Part shown: positions 49,808-57,689 of the stretch, piece after piece
How the letters are laid out: every line of letters begins with the position of its first letter
Numbering within the stretch: the first letter of the stretch is position 1
Assembly (NCBI GenBank): GCA_013265495.1
Contig: MU058485.1
Location: 62,001 to 119,689, forward strand
Direction: 5' to 3'
From: Vicugna vicugna
Lineage: Eukaryota
DNA: 57,689 bases
The notes under the pieces: model-generated
Databases searched by the model: none
What the model was told of the DNA's origin: nothing
Seen by the model: only the letters and a program-made list of their open reading frames with translations
Translations under genes and position numbers: made by a program

Positions 49808-52800
49808 TTCAAGTGTTGCTTTATGAAACTTTCTGTTTTTTCCCGAATATTTTCAATCCACAGTTAGTTGAATCTGCTGGATAGGGAGCCCCTAAACACG
49901 GAGAACCCCCAAGCTCTTCCTTTCCACCTCTTAAATTTCCACTTCAAGCACTGAAGGGGTCCAAACATAGAAGAGCACCATCTACCTGCTGGAATCCTGA
50001 GGAATTCCTTCAGCGTATGTAGCACAGGAGAGAAGGTTTATGGCCAACTAGTGGGAAAGGAGGGCCTGCCTGGAGAGGAAGGAGGAAGGACCTCAGTGGA
50101 AGCCAGCTCGTACCCTGAGTGGAGCTAGCGGATAGCAGTGAGGGACGCTGAGGAATTGAGGACACGTCACGTGGGGGCAATCCTGGCCGCCATGTGCAGG
50201 GTTCACATAGCTGGGACCCAGTTTGCAAGATGGAAATAACAAGGGGTGAGGGGGCTGCCTCATCCCCGGGATCCTGAAAACAGCCACAGCGTCATGACCC
50301 CAGCGAATGCGGCTCCCCTAATAAGCCAGAAAAAGGAAACTCTGAGCCAAGATATTGCAGATTCCACCACAGCCACACGCATAACTAGATCTCTAAGCTG
50401 ACAAAATGTAACCACCAGAAACAGGAATCTTTCCTTTCCTCTTCTTTGGACCTTTGACAGGGAGCCACACATCTCTGACGGGAACCATCTTTAATCCGAT
50501 AGAGAGCTCACTTTTTCACGAATAAGCATGGAGAAAAAGAGTGGAGTGATGGTTTAAAGCGGAAGTCAAAGCAGAAGCCCATCTGAGGAATGGTAGAAAC
50601 ATGTATCTCAATGAATCCGAGTTATGGCGAAAAGAAGGAGGAAGGTTAAGGAAATCTCTATTCACCAGACAAGACTAGCCAGTCATAAAAAGACAGCACT
50701 TTAAATTAAGAAACCTTTTTTTTTTTTTTTGGTGATGAAAAACAATGCCGTATTTTAAAACAAGGCTTGGGCCATCAACAACACGCTGAGAGTTGTTGAG
50801 GAGGAGAACATAAAGCTGCATATAGACATGTAAGCGTTGAAAGTCCACTGCTCGAAAAAACTTAGCCAATCATTTGTCCTGTTGATTTGAAAATCCCTAT
50901 AAGTAAATAACTCAAAAGTGGGAAACACATGGGATTAAATAGTGGTAGTGAGCAATAAAATCCAAGAAGTTTATATCTATATTTTCATTGTTAATGTAAC
51001 AAACTGAAAGCAACTGTCTAAAAAGTAGTAAATGGAGGACACAAATACACAGACACACACACACACACACACACACACAATCTGGAAGAGCAGAGAGGTA
51101 AAATATGCTAAATTTATCATTATTGAGAAACAAGATCTACTAGATTATTTCATTTTTGAGACTTTTATAGGAATACTGGTCCAATTACATATAAAGATAT
51201 GAACTTAGAGATGATTTAAAAAATTTAGAGAGAATTTTCATTAAAAGACAATATAGCTTCCAAATCATTGAAGAGAAAATTAACAATAAATGATTAATCA
51301 ATCCAGCTAATATGGAGTAACAGAGACCATATTTACCACCCCAAAATAAACCACAAAATGGATACAATATATGAAGCAATGATTTTTAAGACAGGTGAAA
51401 ACGATCCTCCACTAGGACCCTGTCCTGCCACCTCCATAATAAGGCTGCTAGACCTCCTACTGCCATCACCAATACTGTCCGCCAGGAGGCGACATTTCCT
51501 TCCTCTGCTCCTACTACAGAGCCAGTCCTGAGCAGTCCTTCTCCAGGTTTTGGCAGGCAGCTCCCAGAAGTGCTCTCGTGGGCCTTGGTCCCTTTTAGCC
51601 ACCAGCAAAAGGATCAAGGGTGAGCAGTAAGCCTCCTTACTCATCCAAGACCTAGGAACCTATCTGATTTCTGAGTAGCCCTTCACTCTTGTCTGCTGTG
51701 TGGTACTCTCTGCCCGGCTTCCCCAGTCCACAGATTGGGCAGCCTGCACGCTGGCCACAGCCCATCAGAATCTGTTCCCCCGCCAAGATGCCACGCGTGA
51801 TCGTGAGCAGGGCTCCAGGCCTCTGCAGCAGCGCGGCTTGGACTGCGTCCTGGCCCTGGGCTCGCAAGCTCCATGCCCTTGGTTGAGTCAGTTAACATCT
51901 CTAAGCTACAGTTTCCACATTAGTAAAATGAAGACATAATCAATATGGAAAAAATAATCAGAATCTGGGGGGTAATAAATTTCTGGTGATTGAAGATTAT
52001 TTTAATTTTGAATTATACAGCGAAGGACATCATACGATTTTTACTACTTCAGAATTCTAAAGGACAGCTTCTACTATTAAAACTAATGCATGCACGTACA
52101 CACAAACACACGTGCAGACACACTGGCTCTGCTCCACATACATCCCCACACGCACACACACATGGACTCATGTGCACACACACACATAGCATACACACAA
52201 CCACATACATCCCCAGGCACACGCCACACACACACACACAGAGTCATAGTCATGTACCACACACGTCCCCAGGTGCGTGCGTGTGCACACACACCTCATA
52301 CACACTTTTGGAGTTATTCTAAATCAATTTACATTTGAGGGTCTCAGTGTCCATTGTTTTATCCGCTCAGAAGTTCCTGACTTCAGAGCATGAAGCAGGA
52401 GCCCCTCCTCTCTGGAGACGGTCTTTGCCAATTACAGTCTCAGAAGAGCCAACATAACTGCTCTGGATCTTTGTAAGTCCAGGGCCAGAGCATACCTGGG
52501 AGCTCACATCCTATATATCTAAACATTTTAAGTGCGGTAGGTTCTAAAGTCCTGCCTTTACAAATATACATTCATTATAAGGGGGAAGGCCAGGTTCAAA
52601 TTTAGAATTCCCAGACACAGGGGAGTCCGGCAAAGAAAGTGAGCATGTGCGGAGAGCTGATTCCCAGTCTCTGGTCACTAGCCTGACCCTTTTCTTCCCA
52701 ATGCTGGGTCCATCCCTTGCCACAAGTGGCCTTGGATGTGCACAGGGGGACACTCAGAACTCACGTCTGGGATCTGCTCATACCCTCCATGCAAACAGCT

Positions 52801-55800
52801 GCCCTTTGGCCTCTCTGTGAGTCCTGGGAATCTGAACTCCGGGGAGAGCCGGTTCAGGCACTAGAAATTGGTCAGGGGCTGCTGAGGCAGAGCATTCGGG
52901 GTCCTGGGTTTCCAGAGCACGGGATGGAGCCAATGACCGTGTGCCCTTGGCTCTGCTGACTCCACCCCATGGAGGGCGTGGCCAGAGGAAGTGTCAGGGC
53001 CAGGGGGACCCTCTGTAGTGCAGGACCCAGGGCAGCAGGCCCCCTTGCTGGGTTCTAAGGGCAGAAGCCCTAAGGAAAGTTCAGAGGAGGCTGTAAGTAT
53101 CTCCATTCCCATTAATTAAAAAAATAAAAGATTACCACAGGCGTGAGTGGGAAGTGTTCTGTTATAACAAGGGAAGGCACTTGCCAAGATCTGGCCATAG
53201 AGGGCTGGTGGGTTTGCCAGGTTGATGAGGAACCGAGAGGCGTTAGCCTCCCCTAGGTCTAAACACCTGAATTCCTCTGGGTGACACTGAAATGCAGTGA
53301 GACACGGCACCCTCTCATGCTGTTAAAACCTTCGTGGCGTGCCATTCAACTCTCTCCTCATTATTGGCTACGAAAGCACGATAAACACAGGCGGGAAACT
53401 CATCAGCCTGTTTGTTGGTTCACTGTCTGTCTGGTGCCCCCTTTTGTAGGAGCCTTTATCACATCACCCAGGGCTGACCCGGCTCAGGATTACAGCTGAT
53501 TTTCCGCAGGTGGCATCACTTGCTGGTGACACGAAGGAGGCATGTGAGCCACCTCCCAAACACTGAGGCTCCTCGTGGGAGGAGCCTGCAGGCCCCTAGT
53601 CCAGCCTCTGCACCATGATGCTCCTTAGTGCCACTCCCGAATTGCTATCCTGGCCTCTAGCTCGGGCCAGAACCTCGCTGGATTGTCGATAAATGTCCCC
53701 CATACACCACGTTTAAGCTTGGGGCCCAGATATGACCATGGTTCTTATTTTCTTCCCATCAATGGATTGTCCAATGGATTGNNNNNNNNNNNNNNNNNNN
53801 NNNNNNNNNNNNNNNNNNNNNNNNNNNNNNNNNNNNNNNNNNNNNNNNNNGGTCTGAAGCACTCAGACACGAGGATGACAGCTGGAGAGACAGGAATCCA
53901 CTCCTGCTGTGGCTTCTGCTGAGGACCGATGTGGCCACAAAAACGGATCCCACAGGCCCTGACCTCACTTCACTTGCTGCAGGGATGCTTCAACACTGCC
54001 CCGTTCACCCCAGAGACCGAGGGCTTTCTGCTTGTTCCCGAAGGCCCCACCCCCGTGGGGGCACTGGGTCCAGTGCACCGTCCAGCCTGCTTCCCTGTCA
54101 GCCCTTAGGGCCTTGGTGGGGCCTGGAACATCAACTACCCTCCCCTTAGGGACCCGTTTGTCCTTAGTCAGGGGCAGACTGGGCTTCTTCACACCCCAAG
54201 TGCCCCAGGTCTGGGTGCAGACAGCCTGGCTCTCCCCCCAGTCCTGCAGGTCCCGGCCACACCTGCTGCTGGTCACTGAGCCTGTGCTGTGCTCTCTTCC
54301 AGGACAAGAGGCGCACTCTTCCCCGCCCCGCCCCAGCAGCGGTGGCAGAGGCGGCGGACAGGCAGGTGAGCTGGGGCCTGACACAGTGCCCGGAAATCAG
54401 CGCCCTAGAGGCCGCTGGTGACTAGAGGGACCACGGGGCAGAAGCCAGCATGGGAAGGGAGGAGGAGGAAGGTTCAGGATAAGGAGATGAAAGGGGGAAT
54501 GGATAGCACTGTGAGGACCTAGGCCATGAAAGGGAAGAGAAAAGACAGTGACAGCTGGAGCGGTGTCAGCGTTAAAAGCCGTGGGCTTTTTTATTTAATT
54601 TTATTAATTATCATTACATGTTTTGACATATTTTTATTTGATTAAAGATTATATGCCATGTCACATAAAAGGATACAATATGTTATTATTTAATAAATAA
54701 TACATAATAGTAGATATAATAGCATATTATGTTCTGTTAATTTATTAGCAGATAGTATATAATACATATGTAGGTGATTATATACCTAATACATAATTCA
54801 TGTATCTATGTAATATAAAACACATAACAATGTAAGATTATGATTAATATATTTTATAACAAGATTACAGAACAATAATGATGCAATATTACCCATTGTA
54901 TGTCTTGGTTCATGACACATTCTCATCTTAGGGGCCCGTCAGACGCATTTGTGTATTAAAATTAATATTATACGAAACAGTTGTGAACCTATCACCCAGC
55001 ATCAGAACAGGACTATTGACAGTGACATACTGTGTCCTCTTTCCCTATCCTTCCCTTGGCCTCTTCTCACAGGAAGTAACCAGCATCCTGAATCCAGGCT
55101 TACCCTTGTCTTGTGTTACTTTCACACACACAAACTTTAAGATCAGTTAAACAAATGAACTGCAGGTACAGGCAACAAAATGGATGAATCATACACTCTA
55201 TGTTAAATGAAAAAGGTAAGCCCTAGAAGGCAGCCTATAGTGTGCTATGCTTTCAACTGTGTATATATATGTCAACTAAACTCACTAAATTAAGAACAAC
55301 TACAGCTAGAGTCCAGGTGGGAGAGGGACAGATAAAAGGTGAGGTGAGCAGATTTGCTGCAGGTGAGCGAGTTCCTTTCCAGTGACATGTCATTCTCTCT
55401 GAAGCAGGAGGCAAGGCCATCTCCTGGGAGTCAAGGAAGAGACAGAGGGAAGGTTAGAGTTGTACAGAGAGCAGAGAATGTTGACACCTCTGAGTGATAA
55501 GTGGGGAATGTGCTCTCTAGGGAAATCCTGGAGGATTGCCTGGCAGTGGCAACATGGTGGGCATTGATTTGTAGTCTTAGAAATCTGTGCTGGGAGAGCC
55601 TGCTGCCTGCAGGCTCAGAACAAATAGGGCTGGGTGAACCGAGATGGAAGTCGTCCTGGTGAGGAACTGAAAAGATCAAGGTTCAAGGGAGTTTTGTTTG
55701 TCATAAAGAGAGTGCTCACTGTGGATGCAGAGCTGGAAGGTGGGGAAGTGGAAGTAAGAGGAACGTGGACAGGCAGGAAAACAGAGGAGTCAGTGCATGA

Positions 55801-57689
55801 TGCCCCAGTGAGGGTGAAGGAGGGCCAGGGAGGCTGGTGGAGAAGCAGCTGGACGGCTAGAGGTGGGCACTTAAAGGAGAGAGGCTGGAACTGGGGTGGA
55901 GATACGCCCGGGTATGAGCCCAGGGTAGGGTGAATGGGGGGTGGCTGGCTCAGGCTGATGCAGAAGAAGAACCTAAAATGACCATGCTGGGTGGTGGAGG
56001 GAGAGTCAACTTTGATGTCTTAATCGTAGGAGGTGAGGCAATAGAGAGCTGGGGGCCCAGGTGCTCCTGACTGGGGCAGATGAGCAGGGAGGCCAGGGTG
56101 GCAGGCACTGGTAGGAAAGGATCTGGGCTTTGCAGGTGCTCCCAAGAGAGGAGGAGCAATGATCTGAAGGTGGAAAGTGAGCACAAGGAGGCCAAACCAG
56201 GCCCTGATCAAACGGGGGGCTGTGAGGGGGCAAAGTGTCAACTCCAGAGATGGTTGCCCAGGAAGCAGGGACCACGGGTGAAGTGAGGGGACACTCAGAG
56301 AAGAGAGGGAGAAATGTCTTCTGGGTGTAGGGGGAAGAGAGGCCCCAGGACAAAGGAGAACAGAGGCACAGTGATGAGGATGGACTGGCTCTATGGTGAC
56401 ACTGCAGGGATGGCTGGATCTTTGTCCTGAGGGCTTAGGTTGGGGCGAGCTTAGGGCTCCCTTCTCAGCAGCCTGGACAGAGGCTCTCGGTCCTGTGAGC
56501 TTTGTGGCCCACCACTGATCCCGGAGGGGCTCTGTCTCCATCTTCTATCAGACTTTCCTGCCCAGACTCTTACTGCCAGCGAGGGAGCCTGTGCCTCACA
56601 CCTGCTTTCCGTGGAGTGACACAGGCTCCTCAGAGAAGCAGGCTGATCTTACTTTTCTCTGTAACCCAGGGCCTAGCAAAGCCCCAGCCTATGGGTGGGC
56701 CATGTAGGGGCCCGGATACTTACTAAACTAACTCAAAGCAGTAGAATAGCAGAGCTGGAGGAATTGACCACTGAGCTCACAGAGTTCACTGCCCACACCC
56801 CCATTCTACAGATGAGGAAACAGAGACCAAGCGGTGAAGCAGCCTTGGCCAATGTCACGCTGCTCATAAATGCTGGCCTGTGTCAGGCATGCCAAGTGAT
56901 GAGCTGCAGTGAAGGGGCTCAAAGGGGGCTCTGGGGCCAGACAGCTTGGGTTCAAGTCCCAGCTCTGCCATTTACTAGCTGTGTGATTAGTCAATGTTCT
57001 TGCCTGTTAAGTGGAACTCATAGTGGTGCCACCTCATTGGGTTGTCGTGAACACAGCGTTCCTGGCACAGCAGGACAGAGTTCTGTGAGGGTTTGCTGTT
57101 GCTTTGGTTACTATGATTATCACCAAGTGAACCCTGAAATGAAGAACAAAGGCAGCAAGAATTTTTATTTTAAAGGATTTTAAAATCCTCTGATGAATGT
57201 TTCATTTCATCTATTCAAGTTTGCATTTGACACTTATTAACAACTACACAATGGATGACTTTTGAGGCAATCTTTCTTCATGTCTTTAATTCTCACTAGC
57301 GACACACGCTATTCAAGAGGCAGCAGTTTCTTTTCCAGGAAGAAAGACATAAAATTAAATATAACTCAGTGACTCTCGGACCCCAGTGAGGTGGTTGTGA
57401 CCTGTCAACCCAGCTTTGGGTAAGTGCCCGCTCCCCCTGGGCTCGCTGCGCTGCCCCGCGGTCGCCAGAGGGCGCCGTACCCCCACACGAATCCAGTCTC
57501 TTGGTTCATATCTTTGCCTCAGATCCCTCAAGGACTGCCCATGCCCCAGGGCCCCATCTGCCCAGCCAGCCTCGCCTGCTGAAATCCAGGACACCATCCT
57601 GGGTCTCAAGCATCCTCTGTTCCTACGTCCACCCCACGACTCTCCACTTTGTCCTTCAAGTGTGGGCTCCTGTGGCTCACCACCCAGGA
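49808..57689 (+). repeat. Segmental duplication, copy B (runs off the window end)
   Basis: Colinear with 34944-43090; begins inside the MER2 element. Confidence 0.97.
53782..53850. other. Assembly gap (69 N)
   Basis: Run of N. Confidence 1.

Noticed and set aside
53755..53781. Short repeat caatggattg twice at the gap edge
   Set aside because: Adjacent to Ns and absent from copy A; probably a contig-end artefact.
1..57689. CRISPR arrays, rRNA or prokaryotic systems
   Set aside because: Mammalian repeats throughout; no repeat-spacer array or rRNA similarity seen.

Overview
Mammalian genomic DNA, most likely camelid (several tRNA-derived SINEs of the Vic-1 type), from a draft assembly with three N gaps. 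I find no intact protein-coding gene; most ORFs in the track are spurious or L1-derived. The window looks like a mosaic of duplicated pieces. (1) Minus strand, 1.1-12.2 kb: an unprocessed ANO6 pseudogene fragment (five exons, each with a lesion) lies co-oriented about 2 kb downstream of a frameshifted KLHL2 exon, and nearly all splice dinucleotides are intact. (2) 20.4-23.7 kb: a GC-rich ~160-bp repeat with an inverted pair, a CpG island, and an inverted pair of ERV LTR pieces. (3) 23.7-28.3 kb: a compact four-exon RALGDS-derived pseudogene lacking the GEF and RA domains, ending in a Pro-rich exon with a hydrophobic tail, between ~1-kb direct repeats. (4) 34.9 kb to the end: an apparent tandem duplication (~14.9-kb unit, breakpoint inside a MER2 element) with nearly identical tracts suggesting gene conversion or assembly collapse, plus a CpG-island promoter with an RFX X-box-like motif. 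All gene and repeat identifications come from manual translation and recalled sequences, not database searches; identity figures are by-eye estimates and exon numbers follow my recollection of the human genes.
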